Origin: Candidatus Parcubacteria bacterium
GTDB lineage: Bacteria > Patescibacteriota > Minisyncoccia > Phycocordibacterales > JAKAEA01
NCBI GenBank assembly: GCA_019661945.1
Contig: JAIFWI010000003.1
Coordinates: forward strand, 1,126-65,125
Length of the DNA stretch: 64,000 nucleotides
Direction of reading: 5' to 3'
Positions 27,198 through 37,515 of this stretch are shown here, piece by piece. The position numbers and the translations under genes were made by a program. The notes beneath the pieces were generated by a model, which did no database searches, was not told the origin of the DNA, and saw nothing but the letters and a program-made list of their open reading frames with translations. Every line of letters begins with the position of its first letter. Positions within the stretch are counted from its first letter, which is position 1.

Positions 27198-28074
27198 GAT
27201 CTTTAGTGTTAATATCTGCGCCGAACCATCTTTGAGGGGCGATAACTATTTTTTGCTTATTTTGATTAAGCCAGGCTCCCCACCATGAAAAAGAACTATT
27301 TGCTACGATATTGTGTTTGCACATGCTCATGAGGAGGAGTTCTTCAGGACCAGGAATATTATTTTTTGATACATAGGTTACATTCCCAGGAATAGCGAGT
27401 TCCGATTCCACCCAAGCAATATCGTCTGAAAAAACAAAAAAATGAGGGGTGCTGATGTGGGAGCATATATATGTAATAGCTTTTTGGTAATATTCAGGTG
27501 AACAGGTACCATGTTTCTGGTTGGTATTCGAATTGCTGACATAATCTCCGCGCCGGACATGAATTGAAATTGCCTGCGTTTTACGTATGATTTCTTGTAC
27601 AAGCTTAGCAGGAGCCGAAAATTCATGTTTGAGACTGAATTCATTCCTGATAATTTCTTCGATTGACTGGAAATATTTTTCGCTCTGCCATATTCCTGAA
27701 ATATAGCTGTTATCACGTATCGCCTCAGTCATTTCTTTCTGGAAAGTGAAAGATGGCTCAAGAATAATTTTCCTTAGATTGAGAGGTTTGTGTGCATCGA
27801 TTATTCTATATATCCTCCGCAAAGAGATCTGTAAAAAGCTTTTATCATACATTTTATTGAAACCAAGATTCTTTTTATCTTGAGTTGAAGCTTCTGCTAG
27901 AGATATCTTGAATTTGTGTAACTCAAAAGTGCGTTTAGCTTCACCAGACCCAATATTAGTGTAATAGTCGGTATCAAGCCTAACTTCAAGGCCGGTTTTC
28001 TCTTTAATTGCTCGGGCAAAGGCATATTGAAACATTTGGTTGCCTAGTCCGCCTGAAATTCTGACAATGATCAT
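27169..28074 (-). CDS. alpha-1,2-fucosyltransferase, GT11 family
   Basis: GT11 hallmarks are present: GGLGNQMFQYA, IHVRRGDY and SSFSWWGAWLN. Confidence 0.85.
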   Translation of the reverse strand: MIIVRISGGLGNQMFQYAFARAIKEKTGLEVRLDTDYYTNIGSGEAKRTFELHKFKISLAEASTQDKKNLGFNKMYDKSFLQISLRRIYRIIDAHKPLNLRKIILEPSFTFQKEMTEAIRDNSYISGIWQSEKYFQSIEEIIRNEFSLKHEFSAPAKLVQEIIRKTQAISIHVRRGDYVSNSNTNQKHGTCSPEYYQKAITYICSHISTPHFFVFSDDIAWVESELAIPGNVTYVSKNNIPGPEELLLMSMCKHNIVANSSFSWWGAWLNQNKQKIVIAPQRWFGADINTKDLIPDSWVRV

Positions 28075-28075
28075 A

Positions 28076-30763
28076 TTATTTGAAGTATGTACTATATTTC
28101 TCTTTGTTTTCTAAGATATATTTAGGCAGATCGCTTTCATCAGTCCAAAATGTAAATGTTTTTCTGCCGATAAAGTCCTGATTGTTCATGATTTTGTTCT
28201 CAATATCTGATTTTATGTCTGTTGTATTATATTCCTGATGACCATATGATTCGAGCTTTTTTCTTATTTGATCTGCTCCGCCCATATTCGTGAAATGCCA
28301 TCCGCCGTTTTGTAAGTATATGTATTTGGTTTTACGTGCAGTTCTGAGGTGATTGAGGCAGGCATCTTTAATATTTTTATACTGAGTAACCAATGTTCCT
28401 GCCCAAGGTTCATTTGAGCGATTATTAAAGTAGTAGGCATATACTTTTTGACGTAACTTAAATATATCATTTTTACTGTAATCTATGAGCAGCTGTGGGT
28501 TCCATATTTCATCAACATCACCCACGAAGCATATGTCATTTTCGTTTAAACCAACCAAAGCTTTTTTAATGGACTCTTTTTGGTAAAACTCTTTGAACCA
28601 ATGAATTGCCCCCTTTGCTATGTTATTACTCGTCAGTGAATCGTTGATGATTTGTTTATCTAAAGCACTCATGTTGGGATTGTGCTTCAATCTGTCTCTC
28701 AATTCGTCTTGATTTTTGGGCACATCACGAGTGACATGGTGAATGATTTTATGCTGCCACTTTTTAAATCGATCTTTATTTTCTTCAAAATACAGTGGCT
28801 TAGGCTTTCCAGAAAATGTTTCCGTTGCTTCTACGATTACGAAATAATCTACATAGGGGTCAAGGATTTGCATTCGAAGTTCAAGTAAATCAAATTCATT
28901 TAAAAATGTAACAACATCATATATCTTAATGTTTTTTCTATACTGAGCCATTTCCTGCGGAGATAGCCAAGATTTTTTTGCCTTATATTCATTGATATAT
29001 TCCCGAGCTGTCTTTATTTTTTTCTTAAAGAAATAAGATATATGTGAAAATTTCCTGGCTTTCTTTAAGGCAGTGCGTATTAATGGTTTCATCGATGGTG
29101 GAATTCTTTTCCGAATAGAGACCGGAACTTTTTCCTTAAATAAGGTAATGGCATCAGGCGGCTTAATCATGGTCATATCTGGATCAATCGGGCGTAGCAT
29201 AGTGGCTGATGGTTCAAAACTTGAAGCCCATATGGTATGAAGTGCTCTTTCGACAATATATGCTTCACCCGGAAAAAAGACATAGGAAACAATTACTCTT
29301 AAATTCTCATAAAAAACCTTAGGAAATTTGAGAATATGGGCTTTAGGTACGATATACATTGCTCCCGGAGCAAATCGGGTATATCTAGGCAAAATTGGGT
29401 GTCTAAAGCAGAATTCAAGAAAATCATTATAGCTGTCAAAATATTTTAAAGGATGACCGGGAGCTTTGAGGTATAAACTATTATTGATTTCACAAAAACC
29501 GCCATCGGCAGAGAAGAAACCTTTGGGCCATTGTGGATTATGCATCTTAATATCTTCAAGTGACGTAAAGTACTCATTATTCATTACTCTCTCAAAATAC
29601 TCTCGTCGGACGTGCCGTGGAAACATATTGCCTTTGCCGAAAATAGTCGTCTCTGGCAAGGCATCATAATTATCTATAATAAATGTCAGATAGTCGCTGA
29701 TATTATGCCCGGTGTGTTTGCTTCGTATTACCTTGCTTATATCAATAGTTTTTGGGTATTCACTTTTCTCGCTTTGATCATAAATTACATAGGTATCGGT
29801 GAGGTCTGGAATCCAGCGTATATCATTATTGTAATGTGAGACAACAAGAAAATTCTTATGGATCCTGGGAAAAAAGTATTCCTTATGAGTGTTAATGTAC
29901 TCATCAAGTTCTTTTCGGCATGATTCTGCATTTTGCAAGCTTCCGTTTCTATCCTGATACATCCAGCCTGAAATGATATTATAGCTGCAGCCCCAATAGC
30001 CGTCTGAGGTATTGTACTGAGACCAATATTTAGGCGCAATACAATATCGCAGATCTTTATTAAGCCAAGCAGGCAGGCAGGCAAAGCTCGAATTCGAAAG
30101 AATGAGATATTTAGCATTTTTAACGATAACGTAATCTTTTGAAATACTGAAGTGAAAAACGTCATAATTGGGAAAAAACTTCTTAGCAGTTGCCACATCA
30201 TCGGTAATAACCACAAATGTTAAGTTTTTATTTACCTTGAGTGTGTTTTTAATAGCATCGTCCCAATATTTCTGGGGAAGGAACACTCTTTTATTTTGAA
30301 CGTACTCATTACCGCGAAAATTAATGACACAGATGTTTTCATCTGCGTAGTCATAACATTCATGCTCTTCTTTTACTTTGAGCCATTCTCGGATTTCGCC
30401 TTTTCGGTGCAGGATATACTGTTCATCCTGCATGACCCCGTCTATTTGAGTATTATCCGGAATATCGACAAGATGCTTGTCGAACGTTCGAATATCAACC
30501 CCATTTTCGGGATGAACAATTTTCCGCTCAACATAGTAGTTTTTTATACCTTCTGGCAAGGAAGTCGGTGGTCCACCCTCGGGACCTTTTCCGCCGATAA
30601 CTACTCTACCAAAATCGAGATTGAAAAAATCAGCTCCTTTAAATTTCTCAGGAGATTTGATGCCAAATTCATAACCTTTGTCCTTAGCAATAACCCGTGT
30701 GGTGACGTAACACCACAGCTGATTTCCAAGCCCCTGGCCATTGTATAGTTCCGTAACGATCAT
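28076..30763 (-). CDS. multidomain glycosyltransferase: N-terminal GT11-like domain, uncharacterised middle domain, and C-terminal GT17-like (bisecting-GlcNAc-transferase-like) domain
   Basis: N-terminal GT11 motifs: GQGLGNQLWCYV, NFRGNEY and NSSFACLPAWLN. C-terminal GT17 motifs: NEFDLLELRMQILDPYVDYFVIVEATETFSGKPKPLYF, GDVDEIW and GGWHF. The protein is 895 aa. Confidence 0.75.
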   Translation of the reverse strand: MIVTELYNGQGLGNQLWCYVTTRVIAKDKGYEFGIKSPEKFKGADFFNLDFGRVVIGGKGPEGGPPTSLPEGIKNYYVERKIVHPENGVDIRTFDKHLVDIPDNTQIDGVMQDEQYILHRKGEIREWLKVKEEHECYDYADENICVINFRGNEYVQNKRVFLPQKYWDDAIKNTLKVNKNLTFVVITDDVATAKKFFPNYDVFHFSISKDYVIVKNAKYLILSNSSFACLPAWLNKDLRYCIAPKYWSQYNTSDGYWGCSYNIISGWMYQDRNGSLQNAESCRKELDEYINTHKEYFFPRIHKNFLVVSHYNNDIRWIPDLTDTYVIYDQSEKSEYPKTIDISKVIRSKHTGHNISDYLTFIIDNYDALPETTIFGKGNMFPRHVRREYFERVMNNEYFTSLEDIKMHNPQWPKGFFSADGGFCEINNSLYLKAPGHPLKYFDSYNDFLEFCFRHPILPRYTRFAPGAMYIVPKAHILKFPKVFYENLRVIVSYVFFPGEAYIVERALHTIWASSFEPSATMLRPIDPDMTMIKPPDAITLFKEKVPVSIRKRIPPSMKPLIRTALKKARKFSHISYFFKKKIKTAREYINEYKAKKSWLSPQEMAQYRKNIKIYDVVTFLNEFDLLELRMQILDPYVDYFVIVEATETFSGKPKPLYFEENKDRFKKWQHKIIHHVTRDVPKNQDELRDRLKHNPNMSALDKQIINDSLTSNNIAKGAIHWFKEFYQKESIKKALVGLNENDICFVGDVDEIWNPQLLIDYSKNDIFKLRQKVYAYYFNNRSNEPWAGTLVTQYKNIKDACLNHLRTARKTKYIYLQNGGWHFTNMGGADQIRKKLESYGHQEYNTTDIKSDIENKIMNNQDFIGRKTFTFWTDESDLPKYILENKEKYSTYFK

Positions 30764-32166
30764 ATCCTTCCAAGCAATTTCTTAATTCGAAATTTCAGCA
30801 TAAAGAACCGAGGCATGACTTTTTTATTGTCGTGAAAACCAAAGGGTTCTAGGTCGGAATCCTCTAGACTTTTTTCACAACTAAATTTTGCTGCCACGGA
30901 TACCGGCGCAAATTTTATACCAGCATCTTCCAACTGCTTTCGATAATAGACACACATAATCCCGTCCTCATTGTAGAAACCGGTGCCATTGTCAGTAAAG
31001 GGCAGATTCATATCATGAAGTATTCGGAGCATTCTTTTGCTTCTCAATGAGAATCCGCCGTTTCCAACCCGGACATTGACGCCTTCATTGGTAAAATGGA
31101 CATTTTTTGGCCAAGGCGCACCAATATAGTCATACTTTAAAAATTCATAATCCCATTTATGTGGTCGGAGAATATAGGCGTTATTATGGACGATGATGAT
31201 ATAGTCGCTATCAATATATTCCCATAGATGATAGGCCATAAACTTACTGTAGTCATTTTTGTTTTTTGGATCTTTGCTTTGAAGTTGACCGGGCTTACAC
31301 TGTTTAAATGTGATTTTAGGATTCAAATTCTCTGGTTTTGTGTGTGAAATGAGTACGACATCATGAAAGCGCATACCCTGCATTGAAATCTCAAGGGCTT
31401 TCATACCGCTTGTTGGATCAATGCCGGATACCGCTACGAGGGTTACATCTCTGGTTGTCTTCTCATTAAACTTTTTACCGACATAGTCGAGCTCGTGATT
31501 AACTAATTCATTCGTTATTTCTGTTTGCGAAGTTTGATGACGGCCTATTCTATTCACGACACTAATAGTATTAACAATTTTTGGTTCTCCGAATTTGTCA
31601 TAGCAGCGCTTATAGTAATCGACATCCATGTACCACTTGAGGTTTACATCAAAGAGCAAAGGATTTTGATTCTTAATGGTTAAGACCGAAGGGGAACTGA
31701 TAGTATTTCTGCCGAGGTGAATCTTTTGATTGTATTTTGGATAAAACGGTCTAAAGAATTTCCAGCCGTTTTTAGTATGAATACAGGCAGTGACGAGCCA
31801 GGTATCTTTATTAAGATCAAAGTTTTTAGCAATAACCGCTAGAGCATCCTTGCCATATAGAAAATCGTCGAGACAAAGAAGTTTGAGAATTTTTCCTGTA
31901 CCATGTTTGATAACATTATTAAAGTTTCGGCACATTCCAATGATCGGATCATTGTTTTTATGATACTCAATACTGAGTTTATCTTTATAGGCATTGCAGA
32001 CATCCCTGATGGCACTGTCTTTGGAATAATCAGATATAACTACATTAAAGTCTGTAAACGTCTGCTTGAGCAGAATATCAAAATTATACTTCAAAAACTT
32101 CGCTCCTAATCCGTGCATCTCATATGTCGGAATACACACGCTTATCAATGGATTTTTTTTACTCAT
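30760..32166 (-). CDS. GT2-family glycosyltransferase fused to a C-terminal uncharacterised domain (possibly DUF5672-like)
   Basis: ISVCIPTYE... D.S GT-A motifs are present at the N-terminus. The C-terminal ~200 aa carry a GNGGFSLRS motif. Confidence 0.7.
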   Translation of the reverse strand: MSKKNPLISVCIPTYEMHGLGAKFLKYNFDILLKQTFTDFNVVISDYSKDSAIRDVCNAYKDKLSIEYHKNNDPIIGMCRNFNNVIKHGTGKILKLLCLDDFLYGKDALAVIAKNFDLNKDTWLVTACIHTKNGWKFFRPFYPKYNQKIHLGRNTISSPSVLTIKNQNPLLFDVNLKWYMDVDYYKRCYDKFGEPKIVNTISVVNRIGRHQTSQTEITNELVNHELDYVGKKFNEKTTRDVTLVAVSGIDPTSGMKALEISMQGMRFHDVVLISHTKPENLNPKITFKQCKPGQLQSKDPKNKNDYSKFMAYHLWEYIDSDYIIIVHNNAYILRPHKWDYEFLKYDYIGAPWPKNVHFTNEGVNVRVGNGGFSLRSKRMLRILHDMNLPFTDNGTGFYNEDGIMCVYYRKQLEDAGIKFAPVSVAAKFSCEKSLEDSDLEPFGFHDNKKVMPRFFMLKFRIKKLLGRI

Positions 32167-33043
32167 ATAATTTTTTGATACCTTCTTTTATTGAGACTAA
32201 TGGTTTCCATCCCGGAATTTTCTGGCCCTTACTCCACGGTATCATAACTTCTCGCGGTCGGTAGTCTTTCTTGCTCCAATTAATGTTGAGTTTAAATCCG
32301 GTAGTCTGTTCGAACAGTTCAGCCAGTTTCTTTAATGACATCCGCTCATTCGATGTGATGGCAAATGATTTTCCTTTAAGCTTTTTCTCACTGTCTTTAT
32401 TCAGAAGTTCGATCATTGTGGCGTATCCCTCGATAACATTATCAACAAAACTCATATCAAGGATTTGTTCACCAGGTGACATATCAAGTGGCTCCTTGGA
32501 TTTGCTTATCTTAAGCCAGAGATTAAATATCTTTGATCGGGTATCATTTGGTCCGAAAGTATCACTGAGCTTAATAGTTACAAAATTAAGCGCTGAAGTT
32601 TCAGTATAATACTTTGCAATATCCTCAAATGCTTGTTTCGTTGCGGCATAGAGGTTAACCGGTGAATACTCCGCATCATTATAGTGCTGCCAGAATGTGC
32701 CGGTATTTATAAACCAAGGAATTGAACTTTTAACCGAGGCTTCGAGTACAGCCGTAGAAAAATAGACATTAGAATCAATCAAGTTCTTAATATCTTCAGA
32801 TTTGTGCTGGGCCAGAAAGAGGGAAGCTAAATGGATAACCCCGTCAAAATGTTCTGTCTGCATATGTGAAATCAAATCAGTGACACTGTCGTTAAAGACA
32901 TGGAGCGTAACGTTTTCTTTTTTTAAAGTATCTGTGTTAGTGCTTGGCCGGACTAGGACATGTACAGAGTGATTGTCTGTAACTAATCTTTTAATCAGAT
33001 GACTGCCAATGAATCCGGTTGCACCTGTGACTAATAGTTTCAT
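32159..33043 (-). CDS. NAD(P)-dependent sugar epimerase/reductase (SDR), candidate CDP-dideoxyhexose reductase/synthase
   Basis: LVTGATGFIGSH Rossmann motif. It is co-operonic with the rfbF/rfbG/RmlC-like genes. Confidence 0.7.
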   Translation of the reverse strand: MKLLVTGATGFIGSHLIKRLVTDNHSVHVLVRPSTNTDTLKKENVTLHVFNDSVTDLISHMQTEHFDGVIHLASLFLAQHKSEDIKNLIDSNVYFSTAVLEASVKSSIPWFINTGTFWQHYNDAEYSPVNLYAATKQAFEDIAKYYTETSALNFVTIKLSDTFGPNDTRSKIFNLWLKISKSKEPLDMSPGEQILDMSFVDNVIEGYATMIELLNKDSEKKLKGKSFAITSNERMSLKKLAELFEQTTGFKLNINWSKKDYRPREVMIPWSKGQKIPGWKPLVSIKEGIKKLYE

Positions 33044-33046
33044 ACG

Positions 33047-33595
33047 TTAGGCTTTATAAATAAAAGGGGATTTAAATTCAGCCAAGCTTGGAAATTCCTG
33101 GTCACGTTTTGAAACTATAGGGTGGGCTACAGGCCAGTTAAAACCAAAAGAATCAAATCTAATACCACCTTCATGTTCGGCGCTGCGCATGGTCGACTGT
33201 AAATATGTTGTGCATGAATTATCCTTGAGAGCTAGAAATCCGTGGGCAAATCCAGAAGGAATGTAAATCATCCGGTGATTTTCACTTGATAATTCAACCG
33301 TCTCATACTGTCCATATGTTGGTGATCCTGTACGTAGATCAACAACAGCATCGAGAATTGCGCCAGAGGGCACATATACGAGCTTGGCATGATCTTGGTT
33401 TGGAATTTGAAAATGCATGCCGCGGATGACATTCTTTTTAGAAATGGAAAAAAAGCTTTCTTCAAATATCGAAACAAGGCCATGTTCCACAAACGTATTT
33501 TTGTGGAAAGGTTTTGTGAGCAGGCCGCGTTCGTCGCTGAAGACATCAGGTTCAATAATATATAAGTCTTTTAATTTTGTTGGTATGATCTTCAT
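33047..33595 (-). CDS. RmlC-like cupin sugar-nucleotide 3,5-epimerase
   Basis: dTDP-4-dehydrorhamnose 3,5-epimerase family motifs are present, including RGLHFQ-like (RGMHFQ) and YIPSGFAHGF. The protein is 182 aa. Confidence 0.8.
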   Translation of the reverse strand: MKIIPTKLKDLYIIEPDVFSDERGLLTKPFHKNTFVEHGLVSIFEESFFSISKKNVIRGMHFQIPNQDHAKLVYVPSGAILDAVVDLRTGSPTYGQYETVELSSENHRMIYIPSGFAHGFLALKDNSCTTYLQSTMRSAEHEGGIRFDSFGFNWPVAHPIVSKRDQEFPSLAEFKSPFIYKA

Positions 33596-34692
33596 TGTGT
33601 AGCCCAGGCAACACGTGCCCGTTTTGCGTTATTAATATACTCCTCAAGATCCTGTTCAGTTACCAGTTCTTTTTGAACATAAAATTTATTATACCAAGTC
33701 ACCGTTCTCTCGAAGGTCTTGTGGCTGTTCCAAATACTTTTCCATTTAAGTTTTGTGCGGGCTTTCTTTGAATCAAGCATCAGAAAGCGGTCCTCATGAA
33801 ACGCGTGAGGATCTTCCTTTATTTCATACATAAAAGAATCCCAATGTGTTTTTGCATGTTCAATAACTTTGTATACGGGAATGGCATGTTCATTTGTTGG
33901 CCCAAAGTTCCAGTTATCAGCAAATTCTTTATGACCCTGCAGTAATTTTGAACCAATATGTAAATACCCGCTCAATGCTTCAAGGACATGCTGCCATGGC
34001 CGAGTTGCTCGGGGAAATCGAATGGTAACAGTACGGCCTTTACTAGCTGCCTTCATAAGATCCGGAATCAATCGGTCAGCAGCCCAATCACCACCGCCGA
34101 TGACATTACCAGCACGAACATTGGCGATAAGCGTAGTATGCTTTTTACCGTAGTCATCCGGATTAAAATAAGAATGTCTGAAAGCATGAGAGACAAGTTC
34201 AGCGGCACCCTTTGATGCACTATATGGATCATTGCCGCCCATTGGATCAGTCTCAATATAGCTTTGAGCTTTCCCAGTATTGCGGTAACACTTATCGCTT
34301 GTAATATTAACAATAGCTTTGATATTTCCAACCTTGCGAGCGCTTTCGAGAATATTTACAACTCCCATAATATTTGTTTCAAACGTGTTCACCGGGTCAA
34401 CATATGACAAGCGGACAATAGGCTGGGCGGCCATGTGAAAGATGATATCGGGCTTATATTTTTTTATTGTAGACAGGAGTTTCTTTTTATCGAGGACATC
34501 ACCGGTAATAGATTTGATTGGGAGTTTGAGAAGTTCAAAATGGCTTGGTGTTGTTGGAGTATTTTTTGAATATCCAATTACTTCCGCACCAAGTTTTGTG
34601 AGCCATAACGCCAGCCATGAACCTTTAAATCCAGTGTGGCCGGTAATCAAAATTTTCTTTCCTTTATATACGTTGTTGAATAATCCTTTCAT
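33592..34692 (-). CDS. rfbG: CDP-glucose 4,6-dehydratase
   Basis: ILITGHTGFKGSW..L and overall RfbG/DdhB-like SDR features over 366 aa. Confidence 0.8.
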   Translation of the reverse strand: MKGLFNNVYKGKKILITGHTGFKGSWLALWLTKLGAEVIGYSKNTPTTPSHFELLKLPIKSITGDVLDKKKLLSTIKKYKPDIIFHMAAQPIVRLSYVDPVNTFETNIMGVVNILESARKVGNIKAIVNITSDKCYRNTGKAQSYIETDPMGGNDPYSASKGAAELVSHAFRHSYFNPDDYGKKHTTLIANVRAGNVIGGGDWAADRLIPDLMKAASKGRTVTIRFPRATRPWQHVLEALSGYLHIGSKLLQGHKEFADNWNFGPTNEHAIPVYKVIEHAKTHWDSFMYEIKEDPHAFHEDRFLMLDSKKARTKLKWKSIWNSHKTFERTVTWYNKFYVQKELVTEQDLEEYINNAKRARVAWATQ

Positions 34693-34707
34693 GCAGTAAG
34701 ATACATA

Positions 34708-35484
34708 TTATTTCCAAGTTTTCCAAAACGCTTTGCCTTCATTCCATAATTTATTGAGATATTTGAGATCTCGTTCTGTATCGACACATTCCCAATTTTT
34801 TAAGTGCTTATATACCATGATTTCTCCGGCGGCGGCCGCTTTCTCGAAAACATCATATTCCAAGTCGCAACTTTCGTCATCAGTTGCATACTGCAACAAC
34901 TTTTTATTGAAGACAAAGAAGCCACCATTGATGAGCCCGGTGGTTGTCTGAGGTTTTTCTTTGAATGAAACCACTCGAGAATCTTTTTCAATAATTTCTC
35001 CGAAACGTGATGAAGGACGCACTCCAGTAATGGTCAGCATTTTGCCATGTCCCTTATGAAATTTAATGAGATCCTTAATGTCTATATCAGCAATACCATC
35101 ACCGTAGGTTAGGAGATTGATGTCATCATCAAGGTATTTTTCTATTTTTTTAAGCCGTCCGCCTTTTAGGGTATTGAGGCCAGTATCAACAAGCGATACT
35201 TTCCAATCCATTTCATCATGATCATTAAGAATTTTTGTCTTCTTTGTGCCAAGGTCAATCGTATAATCTGAAGCATGAACATGGTAATTATGGAAGTAGT
35301 TTTTTATGACTTCTTGCTTGTATCCGAGACATATAATGAAGTCTTTGAAATTGTAGTGTGAGTATATCTTCATGATATGCCAAAGAATCGGCTTATCGCC
35401 AATTCGGACCATGGGTTTAGGTATTTCTCCGGTTATGCTTCCGAGGCGCGTTCCATAGCCGCCAGCCAAGATAATCACTTTCAT
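34708..35484 (-). CDS. rfbF: glucose-1-phosphate cytidylyltransferase
   Basis: The N-terminus MKVIILAGGYGTRL..EIPKPMV matches RfbF/DdhA. A TTGCAA-16-TAGTAT promoter lies just upstream and there is no Shine-Dalgarno site. Confidence 0.85.
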   Translation of the reverse strand: MKVIILAGGYGTRLGSITGEIPKPMVRIGDKPILWHIMKIYSHYNFKDFIICLGYKQEVIKNYFHNYHVHASDYTIDLGTKKTKILNDHDEMDWKVSLVDTGLNTLKGGRLKKIEKYLDDDINLLTYGDGIADIDIKDLIKFHKGHGKMLTITGVRPSSRFGEIIEKDSRVVSFKEKPQTTTGLINGGFFVFNKKLLQYATDDESCDLEYDVFEKAAAAGEIMVYKHLKNWECVDTERDLKYLNKLWNEGKAFWKTWK

Positions 35485-35549
35485 AATAGGCCAATACTAC
35501 GATATTTGTAGCGGTTTGCAAAGAGTAGACTGTTCTTCATATAAAATAA

Positions 35550-35575
35550 AAACCCCGGCCTTTCGGTCGGGGATT
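35550..35575 (-). terminator. bidirectional intrinsic terminator (CCCCGGCC-TTTC-GGTCGGGG, flanked by A- and T-runs)
   Basis: The stem is 8 bp. On the minus strand it is followed by TTTTTATTTT. It sits just downstream of the DUF218 gene stop. Confidence 0.65.
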
Positions 35576-35577
35576 TT

Positions 35578-36240
35578 TTACAAATTATCGCGTTGGTGGT
35601 AGTAGGCAATGAGCTCATCGAGTGTAGCGTGCGGCATATACCCAGTACCTGATCGGTCTTTGTATTTCTCGACCCTCTGGTACTCAGCGGCGATCTGGGT
35701 GAAGAGATTGCCAGCGATCGTCGGGCCATTCATGACCATCTTTACTGCCGGAATGCCCCAGTTCACAATCTTGGGGGTTAGGGCATAGACTTTCAGCTGG
35801 ACATTTCGTACCTCCATGACGTACACGATTTGAAGCATGCACCGCAGGAGATGCTCGGGTTGGCTCATAATTGTCAGACTATCCCATTCCTGCTCTAGGG
35901 CCAGGGTAATGAGATTATCGCACTCTGTGCCCGTATGAACTGACGGTGGAATGAACAGAATGTCGCTTTCTTCAACACTCAAGCTACGGAGCCGGTCGAG
36001 CCATGCCTCATAACCCCCATAGGCAATGCCATGCTTTTTGCATTCTGCCGCGGTCATCTTGTTCAGGACAAGGCGTTTCGTCAGTCTGCCATGGAGCATG
36101 TTTCGCCCCAGCTTCAGCTCGATGTCATTTAGTTCAGTCTTCATCACCCCATGGATGAATAAGGCATCAGTCCGTGGCTGCTGGTCGGTAAGGATAAGGA
36201 GCATCGCTTGCATCATCGAAAGGGGACTCGATTGATTCAT
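35578..36240 (-). CDS. DUF218 (YdcF/ElyC-like) domain protein, GC-enriched
   Basis: Its architecture resembles DUF218, including TIMSQPEHLLRCML. A Shine-Dalgarno site GGAGG lies 6 nt upstream. GC content is well above the neighbouring genes. Confidence 0.55.
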   Translation of the reverse strand: MNQSSPLSMMQAMLLILTDQQPRTDALFIHGVMKTELNDIELKLGRNMLHGRLTKRLVLNKMTAAECKKHGIAYGGYEAWLDRLRSLSVEESDILFIPPSVHTGTECDNLITLALEQEWDSLTIMSQPEHLLRCMLQIVYVMEVRNVQLKVYALTPKIVNWGIPAVKMVMNGPTIAGNLFTQIAAEYQRVEKYKDRSGTGYMPHATLDELIAYYHQRDNL

Positions 36241-36293
36241 GACAGACCTCCAGTATGGATTTCTGCGGAACTCTTTCCTGACTGTATAACAGA

Positions 36294-37514
36294 TTAGTAT
36301 TTTGTCAAGAATTCCTCAAATGTTGCTTTGAGATAGGTAACTTGTTCTGAATTTAATCCATGGTGGCAGGCAATGACAAAGGCATTTTCCATGACGTTTT
36401 CAGTGTTTGGAAATTTATTTTGAGCCAACCGATGTGGAATTTTATTGAAACCGGGTTGCTTAGTTACATTACCGGTAAAAACTGGTCGAGTCTGGATATT
36501 ATTCGCTTCAAGGTGTGTCACTAGTTCTAGACGTGTAAACGGTGCATCTTTGGTGATTATAAGAGGAAAGGCCAACCAATTCGTCTCAGTCTTTGGCGTC
36601 TGAACAGCCAAAGTGAAATATTTATTATATTTTGTGAAAAATGCAGTCAGATCGGCAAAGTGTTTCTTCCGAGCCTTTGCAAATTTTGGAAGTTTTTTGA
36701 GTTGTTCTAAAGCAAATGCCGAAGAAAGCTCCAGCGGTAAAAAGTTATAGCCGATTTCACTGAAGATAAATTTATTGTCATACGGAATTCCGGCGAGTCT
36801 GGTTTTAAATCGGTTCTTCATCAGTTCCGAATTTTCCTTTTCGCCAAAGAGGGAAGATTGTCTACCCCAACCGCGTAACACCACTAATCGGTCTGCCCAA
36901 GCTGGATCATTAACCATAATCATTCCACCGCCGCCAGCACCGTTAATAATGTGTGAGCCGTAAAAACTTGTAGTTGTGATGTGAGAATAAGTGCCGGTTG
37001 GTTTGCCTTTATATTTTCCGCCAAGCGTATCACATGAGTCTTCAATAAACCAAAGCTTATGCTTCTTAGCTAGGGCTGCCAATGTATCCATCTGGGGAAT
37101 GTTTCCGATGAGCGAGGGGATCATTAAGGCTTTTGTCTTTGGTGTGATTGCTTTTTCAACCTCTTCAATATTTACAAGATAGGTTGCAGGATCAATGTCA
37201 ACAAAAACTGGTACTAGGCCCTTTTGAATAATCGGAGCGACAACGGTAGCGAATGTTAAAATAGGCGTAATAACCTCACTGCCAGGAGGTAATTGCAAGA
37301 GCTCAAATGCCAGTAAATTGGCTGAAGATCCGGAGTTGACCATGACGCCATATTTTTTGCCGAACATCTTAGAAATCTTTCCTTCAAACTCTTTAGTCAG
37401 GGCTCCTAAGGCAGTATTTCCCTTTAAAATTTTTACGACTGCATTGATTTCTTCCTTTCCGTGGGCCGAATGTGCATAAGGCACTCTGAGCTTCTTTCCT
37501 GTCTGTTTTTTCAT
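36294..37514 (-). CDS. rfbH: DegT/DnrJ/EryC1/StrS-family PMP/PLP-dependent sugar 3-dehydrase (RfbH/DdhC/ColD-like); the active-site Lys is replaced by His
   Basis: DegT-family fold. In SFYGSHIINGAGGGG, the position of the Schiff-base Lys is occupied by His, as in E1/ColD dehydrases. Confidence 0.7.
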   Translation of the reverse strand: MKKQTGKKLRVPYAHSAHGKEEINAVVKILKGNTALGALTKEFEGKISKMFGKKYGVMVNSGSSANLLAFELLQLPPGSEVITPILTFATVVAPIIQKGLVPVFVDIDPATYLVNIEEVEKAITPKTKALMIPSLIGNIPQMDTLAALAKKHKLWFIEDSCDTLGGKYKGKPTGTYSHITTTSFYGSHIINGAGGGGMIMVNDPAWADRLVVLRGWGRQSSLFGEKENSELMKNRFKTRLAGIPYDNKFIFSEIGYNFLPLELSSAFALEQLKKLPKFAKARKKHFADLTAFFTKYNKYFTLAVQTPKTETNWLAFPLIITKDAPFTRLELVTHLEANNIQTRPVFTGNVTKQPGFNKIPHRLAQNKFPNTENVMENAFVIACHHGLNSEQVTYLKATFEEFLTKY

Positions 37515-37515
37515 A

